Source: an uncultured Acidobacteriota bacterium
Lineage (GTDB): Bacteria > Acidobacteriota > Terriglobia > UBA7540
Length of the DNA: 64,000 nucleotides
Assembly: GCA_963804995.1 (NCBI GenBank)
Contig: CAWDSK010000003.1
Location: forward strand, 576,001 to 640,000
Reading direction: 5' to 3'
Made by a program: the position numbers and the translations under genes. Position 1 is the stretch's first letter; each line of letters begins with the position of its first letter. Shown here piece by piece: positions 46,085-56,424 of this stretch. The notes below the pieces were generated by a model that was given only the letters and a program-made list of their open reading frames with translations, did no database searches and was not told the DNA's origin.

Positions 46085-46591
46085 ATGGCACTGAACGAAG
46101 GATTGCTCGCGGAATTCGACAAGGAGATGGCCGGCGCTCGAAAAACATTGGAGCGCGTGCCCGACGATAAATTCGATTGGAAACCGCACGCGAAATCGAT
46201 GACCTTCCGCCAGTTGGCCTTGCACCTGGCTTTGTTCCCAAGCTGGATGACCATGACCCTCGCAGGTTCATCCTTTGATTACGCCCCCGTGGGAGGCGCG
46301 CCGTATCAGCCCCCCGCCGCAAACTCGCACAGGGACCTGCTGGAGATATTTGACCGCGACCTGCCCAAAGCGCGGGAAGGCCTGAAGGGCTCAACTGATG
46401 CTCAGCTCTTGGAAACTTGGACCTTGCTGGCGGGGGGGAAGACGATCTTCACAATGCCGAAGATTGCGGTACTGCGCGGCATGGTGATGAACCACATGAT
46501 TCACCACCGCGCCCAACTGGGAGTCTACCTGCGGCTGAACGATATCCCGGTGCCTGCCCTCTATGGTCCGTCGGCAGACGAGCAGGCGTAA
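46085..46591 (+). CDS. DinB family protein
   Basis: WKPHAKSMTFRQLALHL, NHMIHHRAQLGVYLRLNDIPVPALYGPSAD; GGAGGA RBS. Confidence 0.93.
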   Translation: MALNEGLLAEFDKEMAGARKTLERVPDDKFDWKPHAKSMTFRQLALHLALFPSWMTMTLAGSSFDYAPVGGAPYQPPAANSHRDLLEIFDRDLPKAREGLKGSTDAQLLETWTLLAGGKTIFTMPKIAVLRGMVMNHMIHHRAQLGVYLRLNDIPVPALYGPSADEQA

Positions 46592-46642
46592 GTAGCGGCG
46601 GGTTTACCCCGCCATATGGCGGCGTAAAGCCGCCTCTACGTC
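46592..46642. repeat. REP pair (GTAGCGGCGGGTTTACCCCGCCAT family)
   Basis: gtagcggcgggtttaccccgccat-atggcggcgtaaagccgcctctacgtc between convergent genes. Confidence 0.85.
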
Positions 46643-46673
46643 ATACTGGCCCACTGCGCAAATCGGGGGCCGC

Positions 46674-47921
46674 TCACTGGACGCGGTAGAGCATTTCGCC
46701 GGCGCGGGGCACTAGCAGAATGCCCTCGTCCTCGCGGCCTTCCCATTCCTCGCGCTTGACGGTCGAAGGGTCAAGATACTTCAGATTGACGTGTTCGGTG
46801 CGCTCTTTTGAGATGCCGGTAGAGAGCGTCACCTCAACGCGTGGCGTCTCCTTATGGGTGGAGGCGTTGTACTCGCCCAGACCTTTGAGGTGCGTCGAGT
46901 GCGCCAGGATGCCGCCCGGGTACGATTTGAACTTATCCCACTGCGCCAGAAAGTAGTCACGGCAGTGGTAGCCAACTTCTTCAATCAGCTTGCCGTGCGT
47001 GTAACTGATTTCGTCGATATGCGGCGCAAAGATCACCACCTCGCCGCCATCGGCCACCGCGGGCTCCATCTTGTACATCCCCTTGGAGCCGGTCCAGATA
47101 TCGTCATAAAGCTGGGGCATGACGGAGAGCACGCGCTTGAAGGGCTTCTTCACATAAACAATGTGCTTCTGCGCGGAGAGCGCTGAGGCCGCTTTCCAAG
47201 CCTCCTGGGGCGTGCCAAAATAGATTCCCGACGTCCCCTCATGCTTCACCACCAGCGCGAGACAAGATGAGGGCCGGTCGATGAACCCGGCTGCCCGGTC
47301 AATGATGGCGCGGACGGGCGTGTAGCCGGACCCGATGATCTTGTAATTGGTCATCAGGGCGCCGAACCAGTGTGTCAGGTTGATGATTTCCGATCCCGCA
47401 ATGCCGGGGAAGAAGTATTTGGTGCCACCGGAGAAGCCGACCACTTCATGCGGGAAGACCGGGCCACAAATAATGAGCTGGTCATAGTCGTAGATCAGCT
47501 TGTTGAGCCGCACAGGCACTTCCTGAGTCAGCAACCCACCGGTAAGTTCACCGATCTCAGCCGCAGGAATCACTCCCAGGGTGGCGAAGGTGGACGGGTC
47601 CTCCCAATGGTGGTTGAAGATGCGGGTCTTGCCGGTTTTCCCATTGATGACGGGGCGGCCGACGAGCTTGCTGAGGTGCTCGTCGGTCATGATCGGGTGC
47701 GTGCCGAGCGCCACCAGGAAATCCAAGGCAGCCACGCGCGGACCCAGGTTCGCTTCCAGGAAGTCGAACATCAGTGGCATGGGCATGGTGCGGGTGCCAT
47801 CGGGGATGATCACCAGCACACGCTTTCCATTCACGGCCAACGAGCCCAAACCCTCCTGGACAACCTGGCTGATTTCCTCCCGGGTCAAATAGCGATCCGC
47901 GAAACCTATTCCTACCACCAT
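46674..47921 (-). CDS. LarA-family (nickel-pincer-dependent) alpha-hydroxy acid racemase/epimerase
   Basis: IIPDGTRTMP, VALGTH, NHHW, PHEVVGFSGGTKYFFPG; GGAGG RBS before ATG 47921. Confidence 0.88.
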   Translation of the reverse strand: MVVGIGFADRYLTREEISQVVQEGLGSLAVNGKRVLVIIPDGTRTMPMPLMFDFLEANLGPRVAALDFLVALGTHPIMTDEHLSKLVGRPVINGKTGKTRIFNHHWEDPSTFATLGVIPAAEIGELTGGLLTQEVPVRLNKLIYDYDQLIICGPVFPHEVVGFSGGTKYFFPGIAGSEIINLTHWFGALMTNYKIIGSGYTPVRAIIDRAAGFIDRPSSCLALVVKHEGTSGIYFGTPQEAWKAASALSAQKHIVYVKKPFKRVLSVMPQLYDDIWTGSKGMYKMEPAVADGGEVVIFAPHIDEISYTHGKLIEEVGYHCRDYFLAQWDKFKSYPGGILAHSTHLKGLGEYNASTHKETPRVEVTLSTGISKERTEHVNLKYLDPSTVKREEWEGREDEGILLVPRAGEMLYRVQ

Positions 47922-47968
47922 CGACTTCCTCCCTTGGAGAACTTCGACATCATATTTTCTGACATCGG

Positions 47969-48802
47969 TCAAACTCCACTATACACCGAAAAACCTCCGT
48001 CAATCGGAAGAACGACTCCGGTCACAAAGGACGAAGCTGGGGAGAGCAGCCAAAGGACGGCTCCGAACAAATCTTCCGGCTGGCCGAAACGCCCCATAGG
48101 GGTATGGTCAATTACCGACCTGCCGCGTTTAGTCAGTTCACCCGTCTTCTCATCCGTCATTAGAAACCTGTTTTGCCGGGTCAGAAAGAACCCTGGGGCC
48201 ACGGCGTTCACGCGAATTCGCGGCGAATACTCCTGGGCCATGTGGACAGCCAGCCACTGCGTGAAGTTACTGACCCCGGCCTTGGCGGCCGAGTAGGCCG
48301 GTACGCGCGTCAGGGGGCGCAGGGCGTTCATCGAGGAGATATTGAGAATGACCCCTTCTCCCCTTTCCGCCATGAGCTTCCCAAACACCTGCGAGGGCAG
48401 GATCGTCCCCAGCATATTGAGGTCAAACACCCAGCGGAAAGCGTCCGTGGGCAAATCGAAAAACGACAGGTCGGCGCTGGTCGTGGCCTGGGGTTTGTTG
48501 CCCCCCGCCGCATTCACCAGGCAATTGACCGCCCCGAACTTCTTCGCGATGGTTTCAGAAGCTTGCCGCAAGCTGTCCAGGTCCAGAACGTCGGCGCGGA
48601 CCGCCACGGCCTGGTTGGCGCGAGGCTCCATGAGGTCCAGGATATGCTGTACGGGATCCAGGTTGCGGTCCAGAATCGCAACATTGGCCCCGCACCCCAC
48701 CAGGGCGCAGGCAATTTCGCCCCCCAGGATTCCTGTACCGCCGGTAATAACAACCGTTTGCCCGCTGAAATCATAAAGTCGGGCTAATTCAGATGAGTCC
48801 AT
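47969..48802 (-). CDS. uxuB: SDR-type D-mannonate oxidoreductase (fructuronate reductase)
   Basis: ITGGTGILG, NAAGGN, RPLTRVPAYSAAKAGVSNFTQWLAVH, RVNAVAPGFFLTRQNRFL, HTPMGRFG. Confidence 0.82.
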   Translation of the reverse strand: MDSSELARLYDFSGQTVVITGGTGILGGEIACALVGCGANVAILDRNLDPVQHILDLMEPRANQAVAVRADVLDLDSLRQASETIAKKFGAVNCLVNAAGGNKPQATTSADLSFFDLPTDAFRWVFDLNMLGTILPSQVFGKLMAERGEGVILNISSMNALRPLTRVPAYSAAKAGVSNFTQWLAVHMAQEYSPRIRVNAVAPGFFLTRQNRFLMTDEKTGELTKRGRSVIDHTPMGRFGQPEDLFGAVLWLLSPASSFVTGVVLPIDGGFSVYSGV

Positions 48803-49056
48803 TAAGGTATGACCTCCACATAGGTATGCAACGCAGGTTGCGATGAGGCGCCTGATTTGGTTTGGATATCACACAGCACGCTTCCACTAGAACCAGCGCG
48901 GGTAGTGTCAGAGTCCCATCGCATCGAAGACTTGGTGGAGGTGTAGGCTAACACTCCCATACGGGTAGGCGCAAGAGGCGCATGCATTTCTTGCTTGTTT
49001 TTTTCGCGGGGTGTTAGGATGCTGCACCTAATGTCCTTCTGCCGAGGTTGATAACC

Positions 49057-49851
49057 GTGAACACATATGCAGGACTGAGTTTGGATGGAAAGCAAGCGCT
49101 CGTGCTGGGGGGTACGAGCGGCCTGGGGAAATCCATTGCCCTGGGATTTTCTGAAGCGGGCGCTAACGTGGTGGCCGTTAGCCGGCGCGCCGAAGAAGTG
49201 GCGAAAACGGCTGCGGAAATCCGGGCGCGGCAGCGGCGCACGCTCCAAGTGACCGCCGACGTGACAAGCCGCAGGGACCTCCAGCGCGTCGTCGATCTGA
49301 TGCTCGCCGAATTTGCCCGGATTGATATCCTGGTTAACTCAGCGGGAATCACCAAGCGCGTGCCCTCGCTCGAAATGAGCCTGGAGGATTGGAACCGGAT
49401 TATGAACACGAACCTGAACGGTACCTGGAACGCGTGCCAGTTAGTGGGCCAAGTGATGAAGGAGCAGCAGTATGGCCGCATCATCAACCTGGGTTCCATC
49501 ACGTCGTTCCAAGGCTCCTATGAGGCTACGGCTTATTGCGCGAGCAAAGGCGCCGTCCTGATGCTGACGCGCGCCTTGGCCGTCGAATGGGCGAAATATC
49601 ACATCACGGTCAACGCCCTGGCGCCGGGTTTCTTTGAGACTCCCCTCAACCAGGGAATCTTCAAGGATCCCGTGCGCAAGGCGTCAATCCTGGCGCGTAC
49701 CCCTATGCGGCGATTCGGCCACGCCGAAGAAGTCCAGGGGGCCGCTATCTTCCTCGCCTCTGATAGTGCGCGCTTTGTGACCGGAGAGATTCTGTCCGTC
49801 GACGGAGGATTTCTGGTGCAAGGTATCGGCGAAGGGCCACCAGCGTCGTGA
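49057..49851 (+). CDS. SDR oxidoreductase, gluconate 5-dehydrogenase/KduD-like
   Basis: LGGTSGLG, LVNSAG, YCASKG, VNALAPGFFETPLN, RTPMRRFG. Confidence 0.88.
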   Translation: MNTYAGLSLDGKQALVLGGTSGLGKSIALGFSEAGANVVAVSRRAEEVAKTAAEIRARQRRTLQVTADVTSRRDLQRVVDLMLAEFARIDILVNSAGITKRVPSLEMSLEDWNRIMNTNLNGTWNACQLVGQVMKEQQYGRIINLGSITSFQGSYEATAYCASKGAVLMLTRALAVEWAKYHITVNALAPGFFETPLNQGIFKDPVRKASILARTPMRRFGHAEEVQGAAIFLASDSARFVTGEILSVDGGFLVQGIGEGPPAS

Positions 49852-50050
49852 GCAAGCGTAGCTCCTATCTATTCGGTAGGTCAGGGGCAATCTATAACTG
49901 AATACCACTGCTTGCTTCTGGCCATCACTTCGCATGCCCACTTAAACGCTCAGAACTAATTGCAGTTCCCGAACCGAGTTTTTCCGCAGCCGGTGAAGCC
50001 CTGCCTTGCAATCGCCTTCAAAACCACACTGCCTGGTGAGAAATCCGTTC

Positions 50051-51244
50051 TTAGCGCGTCTCTCGGGCGAGGGAATCAGCCCCGCCCGTAAGCCACTCAA
50101 GCGAGAAGCGCGCGAACGTGACCCTTTCCGCGGCGTGGTGGCGTCCCCTTTCGTAGAGGCAGCCAATCTGCATATCCGGAAGCACCGTTAAACACGAGTA
50201 GGCTGAACCGCCCGCATTCAACAGCTTCGCGACAGGCCACGTCTTCCCCTCATCGTAACTGAGGCGCACGGTCATGCGAACGCGGTCGTCTGAGCTGGCG
50301 GGATTGGAAAAGAGCAGGCGGTTTTTTGTGAAAGGCGGAGACTGGGTATAGCGGATGAAGCTCGCCTCGCATGTTGGCTCAATCAGCATGGGATCGCTCG
50401 CAACCTTCGACCAGGTCAGACCGCCGTCTTTGCTAAGGGAGATCCCACGGTGGCCCTTATCCTCGTAGTTGCGCATGTTGATCATCAGCGAGCCATCGCT
50501 CAGTTCCACGATTTGATCTTCATCCATCTTCCCTTCAATCGTGCCGCCCAAGTGCCAGCTTCGCCCATGGTCGTCGCTGTAAATAATGTGGTCGGTCCCC
50601 ACATCTCCATTCAGGTGAGTGCAAGGAATAACCAAGCGTCCGCTGCGCAGTTGGATTCCCACGCCTGGACCGGGAACGATGCGGTTCCATCCCCGCTGAT
50701 TGACCGACCGGGTGATGTCAATGGGGCCGGACCACGTGGCGCCCTCATCATTACTGTGCATAATCCACATGTCGCTGACGCGGCCCGTGGCTTTCGAAAC
50801 CGCATCGTTGTTCTTATATTTCTTCGTAAACGTCCGAATGAGCAGCAACCAGATCGTTCCCGTGTCGCGATCAACGACTACGGTCGGGTTGCTCACCGCA
50901 TTGGTCCCGTCACGCTTGACAAGTTGGGGCGCAGTCCACGTCTTGCCTTCATCCGAACTCCTGCGCATCATGATCTCAATGTGACCCTGGTCCTCCCAAC
51001 TGTCTTTGCGCGCCTCAACGAATGCCAGCACGGTGCCTTTGGGAGTGGTTATCAAGGCAGGAATGCGGTACACGGTATAGCCACCTTCGCCGCCGATAAA
51101 CAGGTCCGTCTGCTCGGGTTCTGGTACGGCTTGCGGCGCACGCTCTGCTTTTGAGAGCGGGCCACGGACAGTCGGCAAAAGCAGCGATCCCAAAATGGCG
51201 AACGGAATCACGATGAGACGCACGCGCAATTGGTTGTTTGCCAT
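50051..51244 (-). CDS. Sialidase family protein (GH33, BNR repeats)
   Basis: YRIP motif and Asp-boxes SSDEGKTW, SNDEGATW, SDDHGRSW, SKDGGLTW, SYDEGKTW; AYS and LYE motifs. Confidence 0.93.
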   Translation of the reverse strand: MANNQLRVRLIVIPFAILGSLLLPTVRGPLSKAERAPQAVPEPEQTDLFIGGEGGYTVYRIPALITTPKGTVLAFVEARKDSWEDQGHIEIMMRRSSDEGKTWTAPQLVKRDGTNAVSNPTVVVDRDTGTIWLLLIRTFTKKYKNNDAVSKATGRVSDMWIMHSNDEGATWSGPIDITRSVNQRGWNRIVPGPGVGIQLRSGRLVIPCTHLNGDVGTDHIIYSDDHGRSWHLGGTIEGKMDEDQIVELSDGSLMINMRNYEDKGHRGISLSKDGGLTWSKVASDPMLIEPTCEASFIRYTQSPPFTKNRLLFSNPASSDDRVRMTVRLSYDEGKTWPVAKLLNAGGSAYSCLTVLPDMQIGCLYERGRHHAAERVTFARFSLEWLTGGADSLARETR

Positions 51245-51787
51245 GACGCTCTACCCTACCCTCCTTTGGCACTAACTATGGTGTGGCCAAATCCGAAAGT
51301 GTCACGGTGCCATTTTAGTTCCTCCCAATATTTTAGGGATGGATTTGTGATAGCACGCGTAGCGGAGCCACACGTAAAAAGTCATAGGAAGAAAACGCAT
51401 GAAGCTGGGAAAATAAGTGGGACCTCGCTCGCTATGCCCCGCGGAGAGCAACATGTGGGACAAATCCCCGCCATGACAAAAAGTCGTGGGCTTGCACCAT
51501 TGGCCTGGGCAGAGCACGCGGTGTCAAGCCCGACTTCCACGCCCCTCGCCCGGCCGAATGTGCAGATGTTGCCCCTCCGCTTCGCACCCCAGCTTTCGCC
51601 CAAATTAAGACATCCGCCTCTCGAAGCAAGGAGCAGTGGATCCGCACCAAATGGCGGCGACCGGAGGTTGAGAATTCGAATCAGCTTGGCGGTTTGACTT
51701 GTCCGCGTTTAGGTGATTTATTATGGGCCGTTTCTCGAAAGCCCATGTAGTTGTGTTGCGGCCTACGGGCCTGGAAGCAATACCAGA

Positions 51788-53221
51788 ATGGTCCAACCGT
51801 TGCCTGCGGTAGTCATCGGTGTTGATGTGGGGACAAGTGGTGTGCGCGCCTTGGCCGCCACTGCCGAAGGGGAGGTCTTAGCGGACGCCCGGGCCACACT
51901 TTCGGAGCGCCCCTCTGACGGCATGGTTCACGAGCAGGACACCCACGACTGGTGGAGCGCCGTCTGCCAGACCCTCCGCGAAGTGTTGAGCACCCTAAGT
52001 GACCCTTCCGTCCGGCCCGCCGGGTTGGCGGTGACTTCCACATCAGGTTCGCTAGTCCTGGCAGACTCCGCGGGTCAGCCGGTGCGGCCGGCAATTCTGT
52101 ACGACAACGCGCGCGGCGGTGCACTCGCAAACGATTTGAATCGCCGCCTCTCCACCGAGCAACTCAACTCGTCCTACTCGCTCGCCAAGATCCTTTGGGT
52201 CAGGCAGCACGAACCGTCAGTCTGGGAGCGCGCAGCCTACGTGTTACATCCTGCCGATTGGCTTACGGGAAAGCTGACGGGGCAGTTCGGGATCGCCGAC
52301 TACTCCAACGCGTTGAAGCTCGGTTACGACCAGGAGCGGGAGAAGTGGAGTGAGGCGATTGAAGTGGCAGGCATACCTGGCGCGATGCTCCCCCGTGTGG
52401 TTCGTCCAGGGCAGCAGGTGGGAACGATCTCAAACCAAGCCAGCGTGGAAACTGGTTTACCCGCCGGCACGCCGGTGCTCGCCGGGGCTTCGGACGGTTT
52501 GGCGAGCCTCATCGGTTCAGGCGCAAAAGACGCGGGCGACGCCAACACCACTTTGGGAACAACTCTGGTTTGGAAGGCGCTAACGCTTAGCAAACCTCAA
52601 CTGGGGGCGGGGATGTACTGCCACCACCATCCCTCGAATCTGTGGGCGCCCGGAGCAGCAAGCAATACGGGACCGGGCAGCCTACGGCCTGATGACCCCA
52701 CCCTTGATCCTGCGGAATTGGATCGGCGCGCCGCCGCCCACTTGCCCACCGCCGTTCAATGCTACCTCCTGGGGTCACGGGGAGAGCGCTTCCCTTTCCT
52801 CAATCTTGCCGCCCAATCCTTCGTGGAAGGCGCGCCTGCGGGCCCCGACGAATGGTACGCAGCGCAATTACAATCCCTCACCTGCGTGGAACGCTGGGGG
52901 TATGAACGCCTGGAAGCCTGCGGAGTGACGGTGGGGGAGAAAGTGTTCTCCGCCGGGAGTGCGGCCGCGAGTCCAATTTTATCTCAACTTCGCGCCAACG
53001 TTTTACAGCGGGTCGTGATACGCTGCTCAACTCCCACGGCGTCATTCGGCGCCGCCATCCTCGCCGCGGGGGAAACCTTGTACGGTGGAGATTTATCGGC
53101 AGCGATGCGCAGCATGACTCGGATTTCAACGAGCCATCAACCCGAACCCGGAACTCGCGAGAGGTTCGAAGCGGTTTACCGGCTGTTCCGCGCGGCCTGC
53201 ACTGCCCGGGGGTATGCTTGA
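51788..53221 (+). CDS. FGGY-family carbohydrate kinase
   Basis: IGVDVGTSGVR, TSTSGS, AILYDNAR, LHPADWL, DYSNALK, GERFPF. Confidence 0.9.
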   Translation: MVQPLPAVVIGVDVGTSGVRALAATAEGEVLADARATLSERPSDGMVHEQDTHDWWSAVCQTLREVLSTLSDPSVRPAGLAVTSTSGSLVLADSAGQPVRPAILYDNARGGALANDLNRRLSTEQLNSSYSLAKILWVRQHEPSVWERAAYVLHPADWLTGKLTGQFGIADYSNALKLGYDQEREKWSEAIEVAGIPGAMLPRVVRPGQQVGTISNQASVETGLPAGTPVLAGASDGLASLIGSGAKDAGDANTTLGTTLVWKALTLSKPQLGAGMYCHHHPSNLWAPGAASNTGPGSLRPDDPTLDPAELDRRAAAHLPTAVQCYLLGSRGERFPFLNLAAQSFVEGAPAGPDEWYAAQLQSLTCVERWGYERLEACGVTVGEKVFSAGSAAASPILSQLRANVLQRVVIRCSTPTASFGAAILAAGETLYGGDLSAAMRSMTRISTSHQPEPGTRERFEAVYRLFRAACTARGYA

Positions 53222-53304
53222 GCGGGCCGTGTGTAGCGCGTGACCTGGCACCAAGGCTGTTCGCTTAAGCTCTTTTACGAAGGTGGTTCTGTGTTCGACG
53301 CCAA

Positions 53305-53522
53305 GACCCCCTCACCCGTCCCGCTCCGGCTGATGAAAACGCCGGCAGCGGTCCACCCTCTCCCCCAAGGGGGCGAGGGCTGTAATCTCAAATTAACGCT
53401 CCCCTCGGTTACTGTGGTTGAAAGTGCGGTGACCATGATGGCGGGCGGCAATGGGTTGTAAGTTTAAATTAACTCTCCCCTCGGTCGCCGCGGCGACAGA
53501 GGGGTCGGCGGGTGAGGGGGTC
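53305..53522. repeat. CCCCTCACCC-family REP cluster
   Basis: Near-identical to 14915-14990 including the flank gttcga(c/t)gc(c/t)aag; contains the ctcggtcgccgcggcgacagag palindrome. Confidence 0.88.
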
Positions 53523-53608
53523 TTAGGATCGAACACGGAACTTTTGCAAGTTGTTGCTCAACAAGGAAATCTCATCGTCCAAGGCACGAAGCATTGGAAA
53601 GGTCAAAA

Positions 53609-55090
53609 ATGAGCGACGGATACTGTTGTTTGGCATTTGATCTCGGAGCGGAAAGCGGCCGCGCCCTGCTGGGACGATACGCGGGCGGGAATCTGTCCGT
53701 GGAAGAAGTCCACCGCTTTTCAAACGAGCCCGTGGAATACAACGGCGAGCTGCATTGGGACGCGCCGCGCTTATGGCATGAGATTCAAAGCGCCCTGGCA
53801 GTGGCGGGGTCCCAAGGCATTCATCTGGATGCCATTGGCGTCGACACGTGGGGCGTGGATTACGCGCTGCTGGGCGAAGGGGGCGGTCTGCTGGGAAACC
53901 CCTTCCACTATCGCGACAAACAAACCGATGGGATGATGGAGGAGGTTTTCGCTCACGTCTCTCCTGAGGAAATCTACTCCCGGACCGGCATTCAATTCAT
54001 GCAGCTTAATGGCCTGTACCGCCTGTACACGCAACAGGTCAGGACCCCCCGGCTACTTCAGACCGCAGAAAAGCTGCTGACCATTCCCGACCTCTTCAAC
54101 TTTTGGCTGACGGGAGTGGCGGTGTCGGAGTTCACCAACGCCACCACTTTGCAATTCTACGACCCGCGCAAAAAGGATTGGTCGACGGAACTCCTCGAGA
54201 AGCTGGGCATCCCCACCCACTTCCTTCCCCCCGTGGTTCAGCCCGGGACGATCATCGGCAACTTGCGCCCCAACGTCGCGAAGAAAGCCGGGGTAACGAA
54301 TGTCCCGGTCGTGGCGCCCGCCTGCCATGATACGGGGTCAGCGGTCGCGGCCATTGCCGGCGCCGGTGAATCCGTGTATATCAGCTCCGGAACCTGGTCA
54401 CTCGAAGGGACGGAAGTCCGCGAGCCCGTCATCAACCTGGAATCCCAACGTCTGAACTTTACCAACGAAGGCGGCGTGTGCGGCACCTTCCGCCTCTTGA
54501 AAAACGTCATGGGACTCTGGCTCCTGCAGCGCTGCCGGCGTGATTGGCAGCTTGCCGGGAAGAATTACACCTACCCTGAGCTGATGCAGATGGCGCAGTC
54601 GGGCCCGCATTTCCGCAGCCTGGTGGATCCCGATCACCCCTCTTTCCTTCATCCCGAGAGCATGCTTGCGGCCATCGCTGACTTCTGCCGAGCCACCCAC
54701 CAACCCGTACCCGAGGCCCCAGCGGAAGTGGCTCGCATGGTGCTGGAGAGTCTGGCGCTGAAGTACCGCTTTGTTCTGGACCGGCTGGAGGCTCTGACCG
54801 GGCGGCATTTCGCCGAGATTCACATCGTAGGCGGAGGGGCCAAGAATACCCTGCTCAACCAGTTTACGGCGGAAGCCAGTGGCCGCCGCGTCGTTGCAGG
54901 ACCCGTTGAGGCGACGGCTCTTGGAAATATTGGAATGCAGATGCTGGCGAGCGGCGCCGTCGGATCTCTCGAAGAAGTGCGCAGATTGATTGCCCACTCC
55001 TTCCCGGCCGAGGTCCAGGAACCGCAGCAATCTGATCAGTGGGAAGGCGCTTATACCCGCTTCAAGCAGTACTGCGAGAGGGCGGGATAA
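53609..55090 (+). CDS. rhaB: Rhamnulokinase family FGGY kinase
   Basis: AFDLGAESGR, GVDTWGVDY, HYRD, TGIQFM, HDTGSAV, ISSGTWSL, FTNEGG, LKNVMGLW, PVEATALGN. Confidence 0.9.
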   Translation: MSDGYCCLAFDLGAESGRALLGRYAGGNLSVEEVHRFSNEPVEYNGELHWDAPRLWHEIQSALAVAGSQGIHLDAIGVDTWGVDYALLGEGGGLLGNPFHYRDKQTDGMMEEVFAHVSPEEIYSRTGIQFMQLNGLYRLYTQQVRTPRLLQTAEKLLTIPDLFNFWLTGVAVSEFTNATTLQFYDPRKKDWSTELLEKLGIPTHFLPPVVQPGTIIGNLRPNVAKKAGVTNVPVVAPACHDTGSAVAAIAGAGESVYISSGTWSLEGTEVREPVINLESQRLNFTNEGGVCGTFRLLKNVMGLWLLQRCRRDWQLAGKNYTYPELMQMAQSGPHFRSLVDPDHPSFLHPESMLAAIADFCRATHQPVPEAPAEVARMVLESLALKYRFVLDRLEALTGRHFAEIHIVGGGAKNTLLNQFTAEASGRRVVAGPVEATALGNIGMQMLASGAVGSLEEVRRLIAHSFPAEVQEPQQSDQWEGAYTRFKQYCERAG

Positions 55091-55114
55091 CGTCATCGAG
55101 AAGATCCCGGATAC

Positions 55115-55242
55115 CTAGCAGGCTGATGAAAAACGACGTAGCGGCGGGTTTACCCCGCCATCCGCTGTTGAAATCGTTGGCGATATGGCGGGGTAAACCC
55201 GCCGCTACCTCGCACCGTGAGGGCTTTTCAACAGCCTGCTAG
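55115..55242. repeat. MITE-like ends CTAGCAGGCTG(A/T)TGAAAA enclosing a GACGTAGCGGCGGG REP pair
   Basis: ctagcaggctgatgaaaa ... ttttcaacagcctgctag. Confidence 0.85.
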
Positions 55243-55268
55243 AACTCACTTTGGGAGAATTAAACACG

Positions 55269-56192
55269 ATGCGCTCATGGCTTTTACTTTTCGCCTGTAA
55301 TCTGATGTGGGCTCTGCAATTCACCTGCGTCAAATTGGTGCAGGACCAGGTGGGGGCCCTCTTCACGGTCTGGGGCCCTATGACCCTCGCCACCCTCATG
55401 CTGATTCCCTTGATCAAATTAGAAAAGGGCGACAGCCAGAAAACCACCGAACGCTCCAGACGTGACATCGGGATCTTCTTCCTTCTCGCCCTGCTGGGGG
55501 TTTTTCCCGGGCAGGTGTTGATCACCTGGGGAACACGCTGGTCGCTGGCGAGCAACGCCGCCTTACTCATGCTGACCCTGCCCGTGTCGACAGCCGTGCT
55601 GGCCTACTTCCTCCTGGGAGAGCACATGACGCGGGTGCGGTGGATCAGTTTTGCTTTCGCGATCGTGGGTGTTTTGATGTGCTCGGATGTGGATTTTTCC
55701 CATCTCAATTTCGGGAAGGGATTCCTGCTCGGAAACACCTTGATTTTTCTTGGAACTCTGGGCAGCTCCTTCTACAATTCCTACGGCAAGAAGATACTGG
55801 AACGTTACTCACCCCTCGAAATGCTTTTTTGGACTTACGTGGGAATGTTCATCCTGCTCACGCCGTTTGTGGTGGCGCAAGAGGGGGAGGTTTTCCGTCG
55901 CATTCCCAGCTTTACGGCCCAAACCTGGATTGGCCTGATCCTGCTGACCTTCTTCCACAACTTTCTTTCGATGGTTCTGTTTTTGAAAGCTCTCAAGCAG
56001 TTGGACGCCATCCAGGCGGCACTTTCCAATTATCTTATTACCTTCTTCGGCGTTCCCATCGCTGCCATTTGGCTTCATGAGAAAATGACCCTGCTGGCAA
56101 TCATTGGCGGTGTGATTATTCTTGTAAGTACGTTGCTCATTACGCTCTGGGACCGGAAGCCGGCGGAGGCAGTTGCGCCGGCCCCGCAATAG
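55269..56192 (+). CDS. DMT/EamA family transporter
   Basis: About 10 TM segments; LAYFLLGEHMT and IAAIWLHEKMT repeats. Confidence 0.9.
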   Translation: MRSWLLLFACNLMWALQFTCVKLVQDQVGALFTVWGPMTLATLMLIPLIKLEKGDSQKTTERSRRDIGIFFLLALLGVFPGQVLITWGTRWSLASNAALLMLTLPVSTAVLAYFLLGEHMTRVRWISFAFAIVGVLMCSDVDFSHLNFGKGFLLGNTLIFLGTLGSSFYNSYGKKILERYSPLEMLFWTYVGMFILLTPFVVAQEGEVFRRIPSFTAQTWIGLILLTFFHNFLSMVLFLKALKQLDAIQAALSNYLITFFGVPIAAIWLHEKMTLLAIIGGVIILVSTLLITLWDRKPAEAVAPAPQ

Positions 56193-56307
56193 GAATAGTT
56201 GTGCGCGGACCTGGAGGGTAGGAACGCGATCAAGGTTGAGCAGAATAGCGAGTGACCCTGACGGCTTCGCCGTCTGCTGCCCTGAAAATTGCTGTGCCGA
56301 AGGCACT

Positions 56308-56410
56308 TTGGAGTGCGGTAGCAGCAGCTACCGCTTTCCCCGTTCGGTCCAGACGGCGAATAGGCGAGGCGCGGAGGAATAAAGGCGGTAGCTGCTGCTA
56401 CCGCACTCCA
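56308..56410. repeat. TTGGAGTGCGG-family REP pair
   Basis: ttggagtgcggtagcagcagctaccgc ... ggcggtagctgctgctaccgcactccaa. Confidence 0.85.
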
Positions 56411-56424
56411 AGGAGGCTCTCGAA

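Noticed and set aside
51417..51446. Sigma54 promoter within the 30-bp repeat (GGCAT on the - strand)
   Set aside because: GG-to-GC spacing and the -12 TTGC do not fit the consensus.
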